From an uncultured Planctomycetaceae bacterium (GTDB taxonomy: Bacteria; Planctomycetota; Planctomycetia; Pirellulales; Thermoguttaceae), in NCBI GenBank assembly GCA_964458015.1, contig CAYWGR010000035.1, forward strand, positions 1 to 35,133: DNA of 35,133 nucleotides, given 5' to 3'. The translations under genes and the position numbers were made by a program. Shown in pieces: positions 1 to 8,915 of the stretch; position 1 is the stretch's first letter, and each line of letters begins with the position of its first letter. The notes below the pieces were generated by a model. That model saw nothing but the letters and a program-made list of their open reading frames with translations. It was not told the DNA's origin and did no database searches.

Positions 1-397
1 CCCCCGCCCCCAGTCCCCCCTCTCCGCGCTCGAATCCATCCACCGCCGCAAAACCGGAGCGATGATCCAAGTTTCACTCCGTTTAGGGGGGCTTACGGCC
101 AGCGCCACAACCGATCAAATGACCGCTCTGGACGACTACGGCCGACGGCTCGGCCTCGCTTTCCAGATCACCGATGACCTTTTAGACGTACAGAGTAGTG
201 AGGCCGCCACAGGCAAGCGTGTGGGCAAAGACGCCCAGCGAGGGAAACTTACCTTTCCCGGCCTCCTCGGCGTTGAACAAAGTGCCCAACAAGCAGAACA
301 ACTGATCTCCGAAGCCTGCCAGGCCATAGCGTTATTGGGTCAGCGGGCCGAAGGACTTCAGACGTTGGCACGTTATGTCCTCGAAAGGAATCACTAA
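1..397 (+). CDS. ispA: Polyprenyl diphosphate synthase (FPP/GGPP synthase, IspA-like), C-terminal part. The 5' end lies outside the window.
   Basis: The frame is open from nt 2. The translation ESIHRRKTGAM...LGLAFQITDDLLDV...GKRVGKDAQRGKLTFPGLLGVEQ carries the second aspartate-rich motif (DDxxD) and the KT/GK motifs of trans-isoprenyl diphosphate synthases, and the C-terminus resembles E. coli IspA. The stop TAA overlaps the dxs ATG (TAATG at 395-399), as in the conserved ispA-dxs arrangement. Confidence 0.85.
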   Translation, partial: PRPQSPLSALESIHRRKTGAMIQVSLRLGGLTASATTDQMTALDDYGRRLGLAFQITDDLLDVQSSEAATGKRVGKDAQRGKLTFPGLLGVEQSAQQAEQLISEACQAIALLGQRAEGLQTLARYVLERNH

Positions 398-2313
398 TGG
401 ACAAACTGCTCTCCATCATCAATTCACCGGCCGACCTGAAAAAATTCTCGCCTAAAGAACTAATTCAGTTGGCCGCCGAAATGCGCGAAGCGCTTTGCCG
501 ATTAGCAGCCACGCGCACCGCCCACTTCGCCTCGAACCTCGGCGTCGTCGAACTGACCCTGGCCCTGCATACCACATTCGACTTCAGCCGCGATCGCTTG
601 ATCTGGGACACCGGCCACCAAGTCTACCCGCACAAAATGGTGACCGGCCGCTACGATGAATTCCATACCTTGCGTGCCAAGGGCGGACTGATGGGCTATC
701 CCAATCCGGCCGAAAGCGATTACGACCTGTTCATGACCGGCCATGCCGGTTGCAGCGTCGGCACCGCCCTCGGACTGCGTTGCGGCGACGAACTGCTAAG
801 GCCCGACGAAAAACGCCACGTCGTGGCCGTGGTGGGCGACGGCGCCTTCCCCTGCGGCACGATCTTCGAGGCCATGAACAACGCCGGCGGGCTCAAAAAG
901 AACCTGATCGTCATCCTGAACGATAACAAAATGTCGATCTGCCCGCGCGTCGGCGGCCTGGCCGAATCCCTCGACCGCCTGCGCATGGCAAACTTCTACA
1001 CCGGCCTGAAAGCCGAGGTTCAAAAGTTTCTCGGGCGCATGCCCTTGATCGGCGATCCCGTCGAACGCTTCGTTTCGCAGATGAAAGACGCCATCAAGGC
1101 CGGTCTGCTCGGCGGCATGATCTTCGAGGATCTGGGCTTTCGCTATATCGGGCCCGTCGATGGCCACAATATCCCGCAATTGCAACGATACCTGAACATG
1201 GTTCGGGAATTCAAAGGGCCCGTGCTGCTTCATGTCGTGACCGAAAAAGGCCACGGCTTCGCGCCGGCCGTCGAAGATCCCACCACGTTCCACGCTCCCG
1301 CGCCGTTCGAGGAACATAACGGCACCGTCGTGCCGGTCAAGAAAACCGCGAGCCGGCCGCCTTACACCCAAGTCGTGCGCGACTCGCTGCTCCAGCAGAT
1401 GCGATCCAATCCCAAAGTGGTCGTCATTACCGCCGCAATGTGCCAGGGCAACATGCTCGAACCAATTCGCGACGAATTCCCCGATCGCTTCTTCGACGTC
1501 GGTATCTGCGAATCGCACGCGGTCGTCTTCGCCGCCGGCATGGCCAAAGTCGGCATGCGCCCCGTCGTCGATATCTACAGCACGTTCATGCAAAGGGCCT
1601 ACGATCAAATCTTCCAGGAAGTCGCCCTGCAAAACCTGCCTGTCACGCTGCTGATGGATCGCGCGGGCGTCGTCGGTCCCGACGGTCCTACGCACCACGG
1701 CGCGTTCGATCTGACCTTTCTGCGCCCGTTGCCCAACTTGGTCATCATGGCCCCCGGCGATGCCTCGGACGTGGATTCCATGCTCGAATGGACGTTCGGA
1801 CACGACAGCCCTGTGGCCGTCCGTTATCCCAAAGCGCCGGCCGAAACCATCGACCGCCCCGCCGCGCCGATCGAGCTTGGTCAGGCGGAAGTCCTTCGCT
1901 GGGGCGAAGACGGCATGTTCGTCGTCTGCGGCGGCCTGTTGAAAAACTGCGTCGATGCCGCCGACCGATTGGCATGCCAAGGAATCGACTTCGGCATCAT
2001 CAATGCCCGGTTCGTTAAACCGCTCGACCAAACCACCATCCTCAAGGCCGTCGCCGAATGCCCGATGGTCGTTACCGTCGAAGAAGGTGCGTTGATGGGC
2101 GGCTTCGGCAGCGCCGTACTCGAAGCGGCCGCCGACGCCGGACTCGATGCCGGACGCATCCGAAGGCTCGGCATCCCCGATCGGTTCGTCGAACACGCCA
2201 GCCGGGCCGAACTCCTGGCCGACCTCGGTCTCGACGCTCCCGGCATCGAACGCGCGTGTCGCCAATGGATTAGTGAGTTCCACAATAACGCGGCCATCGG
2301 TCGCACCGTGTAA
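397..2313 (+). CDS. dxs: 1-deoxy-D-xylulose-5-phosphate synthase
   Basis: The 638-aa product has a TPP-binding N-terminus (GHAGCSVGTALG, GDGAFPCG), a transketolase-like pyrimidine-binding middle and C-terminal domains, and is collinear with bacterial Dxs over its full length. Confidence 0.95.
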   Translation: MDKLLSIINSPADLKKFSPKELIQLAAEMREALCRLAATRTAHFASNLGVVELTLALHTTFDFSRDRLIWDTGHQVYPHKMVTGRYDEFHTLRAKGGLMGYPNPAESDYDLFMTGHAGCSVGTALGLRCGDELLRPDEKRHVVAVVGDGAFPCGTIFEAMNNAGGLKKNLIVILNDNKMSICPRVGGLAESLDRLRMANFYTGLKAEVQKFLGRMPLIGDPVERFVSQMKDAIKAGLLGGMIFEDLGFRYIGPVDGHNIPQLQRYLNMVREFKGPVLLHVVTEKGHGFAPAVEDPTTFHAPAPFEEHNGTVVPVKKTASRPPYTQVVRDSLLQQMRSNPKVVVITAAMCQGNMLEPIRDEFPDRFFDVGICESHAVVFAAGMAKVGMRPVVDIYSTFMQRAYDQIFQEVALQNLPVTLLMDRAGVVGPDGPTHHGAFDLTFLRPLPNLVIMAPGDASDVDSMLEWTFGHDSPVAVRYPKAPAETIDRPAAPIELGQAEVLRWGEDGMFVVCGGLLKNCVDAADRLACQGIDFGIINARFVKPLDQTTILKAVAECPMVVTVEEGALMGGFGSAVLEAAADAGLDAGRIRRLGIPDRFVEHASRAELLADLGLDAPGIERACRQWISEFHNNAAIGRTV

Positions 2314-2349
2314 GGTTACGATCAGTCGTCGTGGGAGGGAACAAGGAAA

Positions 2350-3216
2350 GTGAGCAAAACCATGCAGCCGTTGCGTGTATTCCTGCTCGGCGCCGGAGGC
2401 CGACCCGACGTGCTGGCCGAGGCCGACCGCCTCCGACCGATCATTGAACAGCATGCGCAAATTGTCGCCACCGACTTCACCGGCAGTGAAGACCTTTCCG
2501 CCGCCGAGGCAGATCTGGCCATCGTGCTAGGCGGCGACGGCTCGATTTTGCGAGCTGCCCGGCAGATGGGCCATCGCCAGATTCCCGTTGTTGCGGTCAA
2601 TCTGGGCAAACTGGGATTTCTGGCCAACATGACTCCCGCCGATTTGCCACACGTCCTCCAAAATTTCGCCGCCGGCAAGCTCCCGGTACTCGAACACCTG
2701 ATGTTCGAATGCTCGGTGCTGCGAAACGATGAAGTCTGCGGCCGGCAACTCGGTCTGAACGAAGCCGTGATCCATGCCGGCACCCCCTTCACGCTGATCA
2801 ACGTGGATCTTTACGTTGACTCGGATTTGGTGACCACGTATAGTTGCGATGGTTTGATCGTGAGTACGCCGGTGGGATCGACTGCCCATTGCCTTTCGGC
2901 AGGCGGTCCGATTTTGCGGAAAAACCTGCAAGCGTTCGTCATCTTGCCGCTTAATCCGCATACGCTCACGATGCGGCCGGTCGTCGATTCGGCCGACTGC
3001 GTGTATGAAATGGTCGTCGAACGGCCGAACCCGGGAACCTCGGTCGTCGTGGATGGGAGAGAACTGTGCCGCTTGCAGCCGGGCGATCGCGTCCGCGTCG
3101 AACGCGCCGCGCCCCAGTTCAAACTGGTCGCTTATCCCGGCCATACTTACTATCGCACCCTCCGCGAAAAACTTGGCTGGGGCGGAAGACTAAAACTTAA
3201 CGATGGAACGTCCTGA
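2350..3216 (+). CDS. nadK: NAD+ kinase
   Basis: The 288-aa product has the GGDGSILRAAR (GGDG) motif and NAD-kinase architecture. GTG 2350 follows an AAGGAAA Shine-Dalgarno sequence; ATG 2362 is an alternative start. Confidence 0.85.
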   Translation: MSKTMQPLRVFLLGAGGRPDVLAEADRLRPIIEQHAQIVATDFTGSEDLSAAEADLAIVLGGDGSILRAARQMGHRQIPVVAVNLGKLGFLANMTPADLPHVLQNFAAGKLPVLEHLMFECSVLRNDEVCGRQLGLNEAVIHAGTPFTLINVDLYVDSDLVTTYSCDGLIVSTPVGSTAHCLSAGGPILRKNLQAFVILPLNPHTLTMRPVVDSADCVYEMVVERPNPGTSVVVDGRELCRLQPGDRVRVERAAPQFKLVAYPGHTYYRTLREKLGWGGRLKLNDGTS

Positions 3217-3375
3217 GCAAAAAATGATGTGTAAGAAGGAATAAGGGCAACGAGGAAAAAAGGAATCCGCCCCCGCTTTCTCTTACCTTTTTTCCATTTC
3301 CCCTTATTCCTTGTGCCTACACCTGATTTCCGATAAATAAGCCAACATATTTTTGCGACTCGAAAGGAAGCGAGT

Positions 3376-4281
3376 ATGAAATCGACTCTTTGTTCTTGTG
3401 CGGCGTTGGCAATCGTCGCGGCCTTTGCCGCTTCAGCCCTTGCCGACGAATCTGAAAAATACACGCTCCGCTACAAATTCCAGCCGGGCGAGGCGGTCCG
3501 CTGGGAAGTCGAGCACCGCTCGAATGTCAAAACCACCGTCTCGGGCACAACCCAAACAGCCGAAACCTTAAGCACGTCGGTCAAGCTTTGGCGCGTCACG
3601 GCGGTCAAGCCCGACGGCTCGGCCACGTTCGAGCATAGCGTTGAACAAGTCGATATGCGGCAAAAACTCACCGGCCGCGACGAGGTCCGCTACAACAGTA
3701 AGACCGACACGAAACCGCCCGTCGGATTCGAGGACGCCGCCAAATCGGTCGGCATTGTCCTGTCGGTCGTCACGATCGACGCCAAGGGAAAAGTCACCAG
3801 CCGAGAGCGAAAATACCCGAAGAAACAAGACGCCAAGGATTCCACCAACGCCCCCGCCCAAAGCGAAGGCTGGATGACCATCCCGTTGCCCGATGAGGCC
3901 GTTACCGTGGGTCATGCATGGTCATTGCCCTACGATATTGATCTTCCCATGCCGGGCGGCGGCACCAAACGGATCAAGGCAGTCCAACAGTTCAAACTCG
4001 AACACGTAAAAACCGGCATCGCCACTATCCACGTCTCGACCGAAATTCTTACGCCCATCACCGATCCGGCTATTGAATCCCAACTGGTCCAACGCGAGGC
4101 GGAAGGCCGCGTTCGATTCGATATCGACGCCGGCCGAATCGTCGGCCAACAGATGGACACCGACAAGCACGTCGTCGGTTTCCGCGGCGAAGCCAGCAGC
4201 ATCCATTACCTCAATCGCTTCGCCGAAAAACTGCTGCCTCAAACAGCCAAAACCGCCGGAAAAGAGACCAAGCGAGACTAA
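3376..4281 (+). CDS. Hypothetical secreted protein with an N-terminal signal peptide
   Basis: MKSTLCSCAALAIVAAFAASALA is a signal peptide followed by an AxA-like cleavage site. There is a good RBS (AAAGGAAGCGAGT-ATG), no recognisable catalytic motifs, and coding-like GC3. Confidence 0.6.
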   Translation: MKSTLCSCAALAIVAAFAASALADESEKYTLRYKFQPGEAVRWEVEHRSNVKTTVSGTTQTAETLSTSVKLWRVTAVKPDGSATFEHSVEQVDMRQKLTGRDEVRYNSKTDTKPPVGFEDAAKSVGIVLSVVTIDAKGKVTSRERKYPKKQDAKDSTNAPAQSEGWMTIPLPDEAVTVGHAWSLPYDIDLPMPGGGTKRIKAVQQFKLEHVKTGIATIHVSTEILTPITDPAIESQLVQREAEGRVRFDIDAGRIVGQQMDTDKHVVGFRGEASSIHYLNRFAEKLLPQTAKTAGKETKRD

Positions 4282-4371
4282 TCCCGCGGTTTGCAGGAAA
4301 CGCACCATCCAAAACACATGACGGTGCGTTGCACGTACTCCAAAGGGTCTGACCCAAAATAATGGCTAATT

Positions 4372-4432
4372 GTCATTCTGAGCGGAGCGAAGAATCTCGC
4401 CGTAATCACGGAGATTCTTCGCTCAGAATGAC
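4372..4432. repeat. Copy 1 of a palindromic intergenic repeat (REP/MITE-like hairpin element)
   Basis: GTCATTCTGAGCGGAGCGAAGAATCTC - 12-nt loop - GAGATTCTTCGCTCAGAATGAC. The same 27-nt arm recurs at 10593-10619. The right arm lacks one CCGCT unit relative to copy 2. Confidence 0.85.
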
Positions 4433-4591
4433 GGAACAGCCAAAAAATTCCGCACCTATTCTAAACTCATAAGCAATACAGCGCCGCGACCACCTGCACC
4501 GCTTTTGCCGGATTCGCCGCCTAGGCAAACTGCGGCGGCTGGCCGCAGATTACGGAAAGCCAACCTATCGCCCATGCCGATCTTTTAGGAC

Positions 4592-5281
4592 ATGGGACTC
4601 AAGAATACCGTTTTAGGCGCCGGCGTTTTGGCATTGGCCGCCGGCGGACCAATCACGTTTTATTCGGCCTCGGACTACGCCGGCAACCTTAAGAAGAGCT
4701 GGTTTTCGAGTCCGCCTGCCGCCACGGCCACGGCCTCACCCTCGACCGGCACAGGCTCGCCCTATGCTGCTAGCACAGGCGAAACGCCCACGGTTGTCGG
4801 CGACCCCGCAGCGCCGCCCGCCACAGCGTTCGACCCCCAGCCGATGCCCAGCCTGGCCGAGGTCTTGCGTTTTGATGTAAGCGTCGAATGGGTGTTGCGT
4901 CGCTGGCCACGCGTTTCGACCGGCCTAAACTACATGCAATTGCAAGGCTATCGCGTGCCCCTGGTCACCGGCGGCCAGATCACCGACATTGCCGGCGCGC
5001 TGACCTATTATTTCAACGCGCACCAGCAAGCACAGCGCATCACCCTGCGCGGCACGACAGGCGATCCGCAAGTCCTTGTGGCGATCCTGACCAGTCGCCA
5101 CCATTTCGCACGACGATTAACCAACAACCCCGGCCTTATCGTTTACGAAGCCGTCGATGCGAACAACAAACCCCTAGGCACGTGCAAAATCCGCTCCGCT
5201 CCCGTCATCAAAGCCAACAAACCCTACACGCGATACGAGTTCGATCTCGTGATCGATCGAGCGGAAGATAGTGGTCAGTGA
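4592..5281 (+). CDS. Hypothetical exported or anchored protein with a Pro/Thr/Ala-rich linker
   Basis: The product has a hydrophobic N-terminus (VLGAGVLALAAGG), a low-complexity PATATASPSTGTGSP linker, and a ~130-aa C-terminal domain of unknown function. Confidence 0.5.
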   Translation: MGLKNTVLGAGVLALAAGGPITFYSASDYAGNLKKSWFSSPPAATATASPSTGTGSPYAASTGETPTVVGDPAAPPATAFDPQPMPSLAEVLRFDVSVEWVLRRWPRVSTGLNYMQLQGYRVPLVTGGQITDIAGALTYYFNAHQQAQRITLRGTTGDPQVLVAILTSRHHFARRLTNNPGLIVYEAVDANNKPLGTCKIRSAPVIKANKPYTRYEFDLVIDRAEDSGQ

Positions 5282-5349
5282 CCAGTGTTCAGTGGCCAGT
5301 AAAAACTTTGCAGCCGTGTGGGCTTCCTCTAGCCACCGGCCACTAACCA

Positions 5350-6495
5350 CTAGCCACTAATTTCGCCCTTCGGCTTCACCGGCTTGGCTTCGGGCTGGGG
5401 CGGTTCATATTCAAACTCGCGCCAGACCATCGGACGGCGTAGATACGGCTCGATCCTCAGAACGACCTCGCCGTTTTGAAAGATGCGGACGGTGCCGTTG
5501 GTTTGGCTCACCGTCACGGCCACGGCATTCGTGGCCCGGCTGATCGCTGCGGCGGCCCAATGCCGAGCGCCAAGGCCCTTCGAAAGCGTCACGTCGGCCG
5601 CCGAGCAATCGAGATACCGGCAAGCCGCCTCGACCACGCCATCGGCGGAAACGATCAAGGCGCCATCCATTTGCGCGATTTCTTTGATGCCCTCGCGCAC
5701 TCGGGGATCGTCCAGATTGCGCTCCTTGCGGCTGTACCCTCGCACGGGGTCGAAACCAACCGGCCGGCTGCAACCTAGCACTTTGCGCGAATCGCCCACG
5801 ACGAACAGCGTACCGACCGGCTTGCCTTCACGCCCGTCCCGGCCAATCTCAACCGCCAGATCGACGACGATTTTCAGCGTGTCCAGCGGCACGCGCGTTT
5901 CCAATTGACGCAGATCGCGACCGCTCAGCCGATTCAAATGCTCGTCCAAATTGATGACGCTCAGCGAGTCGATCGTGTCGGCGTCGAACCCGCTATACAG
6001 GGTCACAACACTGGAGCCGGGCGTCAACAGATCATCGGCAACCGCTTCCAGCACTGCTTGGGTGAGCCGCTCGTAAATGGGATTGTCCGTCATGTCGAGC
6101 CGTACCGTGGCCAGCCCGACCTCCTTGGCGCCTGCCAAGTCTTCCGAGGTATTGGCCGCCACGACGACCTTGCTCTTTCCGGCCAAATTCTTAAGCCGCG
6201 GCCACTCCGTGGGCCCCTCCATGAGCAGAAGAATAGCCTCGGCCTCGGCGGATTCCGTCATCTGCCGGGCAACGGCAAGTAGATTCTTGAATTGGTCGGT
6301 GAAACGAATTGGCTGCACGGGTTTACTGCCTCTTCCCTGTCGAGCATTGCGATCAGCCGGCCTGAACGTCACATGGCCCACTGTTGGATCGCATATCCGC
6401 AGGGGCAGCGGCGCGACCTCAACCGGCCCTATACTAAAGCTTTTCGTGATCTGTGGCAACTGCAAGGCATTCATGCTATTGGAATTTCTCGTCAA
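5350..6495 (-). CDS. Diadenylate cyclase (c-di-AMP synthase). The DAC domain is C-terminal and preceded by a pyruvate-kinase-C-terminal-like domain.
   Basis: The C-terminus (MDGALIVSADGVVEAACRYLD...LGARHWAAAAISRATNAVAVTVSQTNGTVRIF) aligns with the DAC/DisA_N core, with its DGA and RHRAA-like motifs and the (I/V)VSEETG-like strand. The N-terminal ~200 aa (AILLLMEGPTEWPRLKNLAGKSKVVVAANTSED...SSVVTLYSG) resemble PK_C. The track start at 6495 is TTG; the first ATG is at 6474. Confidence 0.75.
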   Translation of the reverse strand: MTRNSNSMNALQLPQITKSFSIGPVEVAPLPLRICDPTVGHVTFRPADRNARQGRGSKPVQPIRFTDQFKNLLAVARQMTESAEAEAILLLMEGPTEWPRLKNLAGKSKVVVAANTSEDLAGAKEVGLATVRLDMTDNPIYERLTQAVLEAVADDLLTPGSSVVTLYSGFDADTIDSLSVINLDEHLNRLSGRDLRQLETRVPLDTLKIVVDLAVEIGRDGREGKPVGTLFVVGDSRKVLGCSRPVGFDPVRGYSRKERNLDDPRVREGIKEIAQMDGALIVSADGVVEAACRYLDCSAADVTLSKGLGARHWAAAAISRATNAVAVTVSQTNGTVRIFQNGEVVLRIEPYLRRPMVWREFEYEPPQPEAKPVKPKGEISG

Positions 6496-6604
6496 TTCGT
6501 GGTCAATGTGTTCATTCCAAACCGTTATTTAGCCGCGGAATAAGCGGCTTTTACCGGAGAACTTCGCGACTTTCGACGCGAATCAAACACCTTGGATCCA
6601 CAGA

Positions 6605-7300
6605 TCAAAACAGACGCTTGAAGCGTTCGGCCAACGAAGGAGGCGGATCGGGCTTCTCGCCCTTCACATATTGCTGCCAACGATCGACGCTCCCCTCAAA
6701 ACTCTTGCCGGTCACCCGCTCCAACGACTGCACCGCACGATATTGCATTGCCGGATCAGAATCGGCCAATGCTTCCCCCAAGGGCTTTACGGCCTCGGCA
6801 TTCTTCGTCTCGCCGAGGGCCTTCGCGGCCGCCAAACGCACGTCCGCATCCACGTCGCCCCGCAAGGCTTCGGCCAAAAGCTTTACCGCCTCGGCATTAT
6901 TCCGCTTGCCCCAGGCGTCGCAAGCCGCCACGCGCACATGCATATCCGAATCACCCAACGCCGCTTTCAGAATGGCGTCGGCCGCGGGCCCCGGATAATG
7001 TCCCAAGGCACGAATGATCTCAATCCGAATCAGAGGATCTTTCTCCGTCTTAATCGACTCGGCCAACTGCTGCGATATGCGCGCCTTCTCATCCGCCGAG
7101 GCTGACGCTGAAGCCGCCCCCAACGCCCGCAATTCCGTGATGCGCTCGGCCGGCGTCTTCACACCGGGCAATACATCCGACACCGGCCCTTGAAACGGCA
7201 CCCAAGAGGGTAAGATGTCTAAATCCGCGCAGCCGCTAGCCAACACGGCCGTTAAGCCGCAGAGAAGAATCAAAATCCGTAGGCCGCTAGCACCGGTCAT
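6605..7300 (-). CDS. HEAT-repeat (PBS-lyase type) lipoprotein
   Basis: A lipobox (LTAVLASGC) follows a signal peptide. The body has repeated xLGxxxxxxAVxxLxxAL HEAT-like units (DVRLAAAKALGETKNAEAVKPLGEALADSD...). Confidence 0.7.
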   Translation of the reverse strand: MTGASGLRILILLCGLTAVLASGCADLDILPSWVPFQGPVSDVLPGVKTPAERITELRALGAASASASADEKARISQQLAESIKTEKDPLIRIEIIRALGHYPGPAADAILKAALGDSDMHVRVAACDAWGKRNNAEAVKLLAEALRGDVDADVRLAAAKALGETKNAEAVKPLGEALADSDPAMQYRAVQSLERVTGKSFEGSVDRWQQYVKGEKPDPPPSLAERFKRLF

Positions 7301-7493
7301 GGATGATACTCGCCGTCGTAGGGCCGGGGGAACGATAAAAAAACGCTCTTCCTCGACAAGAGGGCGGAACTATACCAACCCCGTCCAATCCCGCCAAGAC
7401 GAATCCCAGATAAAAAACTCTTAAACTAGCTAAGATGCGACGATTAGGGAAAAACGCCCCCCTAAATACTGACCCTCGATCTCTCAATTCTCC

Positions 7494-7520
7494 CTCTAGC
7501 CCCTAACCCCTAGCCCCTAG
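7494..7520 (+). repeat. C-rich degenerate heptamer micro-repeat (CCCCTAG/CCCCTAA)x4 upstream of the SPFH gene
   Basis: CTCTAGCCCCTAACCCCTAGCCCCTAG lies 47 nt upstream of ATG 7568. It has TAG/TAA in all three frames. Confidence 0.7.
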
Positions 7521-7567
7521 TATGATACAGGCGGTTTCCCCACTGTCCTGCAAATGCCGAGGAGAAC

Positions 7568-8866
7568 ATGATGGCTCTGCGATTAGAAGTCCTTCAGTTT
7601 TTCGATGAGACCAACCAGTCGATCGTTCACCGTATTCCTGAAGAGGGCTCGACCGACATCAAGATCGGCGCCCAACTCATCGTGCAGGAAAACCAAGAGG
7701 CCGTGTTCTTCCGCAGCGGTAAAGCCCTCGACACCTTCGGCCCCGGCCGCTATACCCTGGTAACGGCCAACGTGCCGATCCTCACGCGGTTACTTACGAT
7801 TCCCTGGGAAAAATCACCCTTCCAGGCTCAGGTCTACTTCATAGGCAAGCAGACTTTCATCGACCAAAAATGGGGCACCTTGCAGCCGATCGTCTTCCGC
7901 GACCCCGATTTCGGCATGGTTCGCCTCCGAAGCTTCGGCAAATACTCCTTCCGCGTGGCTGAAACGCAAAAACTGGTCGATACCCTCGTCGGCACCCAAG
8001 GCAAATACACCACCGAAGCCGTCGCATCCTACCTGAAGGACTTGATCGTCGCCCGCTTGATGGATCTCTTGGGCACGCAAAAAATCAGCCTACTCGACCT
8101 CCCCTCCAAATACGACGAAGTAGCCGCCGAAACCAAAACCAAACTGGCTGCGGAATTCACTCAATACGGGCTGGAACTCGTCGATTTCTTCATCAACGGC
8201 ATCACCCCGCCCGAGGAAGTCCAAAAAGCCATCGATTCCCGCAGCTCGATGGGCGCGGTCGGCGACCTGAACGCCTTCATGAAATTCCAAGCCGCCAACA
8301 GCATGGCCAAACTGGCCGAACAAGGCGGCGGAGCCAACGGCGGCATGGCTGGCGGAGCGATGGGCATGGGCATGGGCGCCGGCTTCGGCATGATGATGCC
8401 CGGCATGATCCAACAAGCAATGGCCGCAACTAACGCCCCCGCTGCGGCCCCCGTCGCAACAGTCGATCCCAAAGCGATGGTGCGCACCATTGCTACGGCC
8501 GCAGGCTATGCCGTCACCGAATCCGGCAACACGCTGCAAATCTCCGTCCCCACCGGCGCACTGCGTAAACAAGTGGTCAATGTTGAAGTCGGCGCACCCG
8601 ACCAAACCGGCCATGCCGCGCTCAGTTACTGGTCGGTCTGCGGCCCTTATGATGAGAAAAACGCCGCCGAACTACTGCGTTTCAACGCCGGCGTGTTGCA
8701 CGGAGCATTCGCCGTGAGAAAAGTCGGCGCAGCCGAGATGGTCGTCCTGCAAGCCAACCAAGCCGCCGAGGCCGTCAACCCGCTCAGCATCAGCCAAGTG
8801 TTATCCGCCATCGCCTGGCAAGCCGATCAAGCCGAACAAAAAATCATCGGCAGCGATACCAACTAA
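7568..8866 (+). CDS. SPFH/Band-7 domain protein with a Gly/Met-rich linker and a C-terminal YbjN-like domain
   Basis: The N-terminal ~250 aa ([58 protein letters not shown]...) match the PF13421-type SPFH family. A low-complexity [28 protein letters not shown] linker follows. The C-terminal ~130 aa ([15 protein letters not shown]...[13 protein letters not shown]) resemble the YbjN/T3SS-chaperone-like fold. Confidence 0.6.
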   Translation: MMALRLEVLQFFDETNQSIVHRIPEEGSTDIKIGAQLIVQENQEAVFFRSGKALDTFGPGRYTLVTANVPILTRLLTIPWEKSPFQAQVYFIGKQTFIDQKWGTLQPIVFRDPDFGMVRLRSFGKYSFRVAETQKLVDTLVGTQGKYTTEAVASYLKDLIVARLMDLLGTQKISLLDLPSKYDEVAAETKTKLAAEFTQYGLELVDFFINGITPPEEVQKAIDSRSSMGAVGDLNAFMKFQAANSMAKLAEQGGGANGGMAGGAMGMGMGAGFGMMMPGMIQQAMAATNAPAAAPVATVDPKAMVRTIATAAGYAVTESGNTLQISVPTGALRKQVVNVEVGAPDQTGHAALSYWSVCGPYDEKNAAELLRFNAGVLHGAFAVRKVGAAEMVVLQANQAAEAVNPLSISQVLSAIAWQADQAEQKIIGSDTN

Positions 8867-8894
8867 GACTCCCACTCCTTTGCTCCCGTACAAC

Positions 8895-8915
8895 AAAGCC
8901 GCTTGCGGCTTCGCA
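8895..8915. other. Copy 1 of a 21-nt GC hairpin motif (AAAGCCGCTTGCGGCTTCGCA) downstream of the SPFH gene
   Basis: The motif contains the palindrome AAGCCGC-TT-GCGGCTT. An identical 21-mer lies at 21040-21060 downstream of dapF. A second hairpin (CCCCTCGCCCG-CTTTT-CGGGAGAGGGG) follows at about 8920-8950. Confidence 0.6.

Noticed and set aside
796-2460. Long antisense ORFs: 796-2460 minus opposite dxs, 10336-11487 minus opposite the oxidoreductase, 21980-23965 plus opposite the PPIase, and 29633-32107 plus opposite the beta-helix gene
   Set aside because: They are mirror-frame ORFs typical of ~60% GC DNA. Their products are Arg/Gly/His-rich low-complexity junk, while the opposite-strand proteins show clear family motifs.
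4289-4330. Inverted repeat AACGCACC-N16-GGTGCGTT after the 3376-4281 gene as a terminator
   Set aside because: There is no U-tract on either side and the loop is large (16 nt). It might be a regulatory or structural hairpin, but the support is too weak to call.
7215-7424. 69-aa ORF (7215-7424 plus) in the HEAT-gene / SPFH-gene spacer
   Set aside because: It overlaps the 5' end of the minus-strand HEAT gene. The product is Arg/Lys/Ser-rich low complexity, and there is no RBS or conservation signal.
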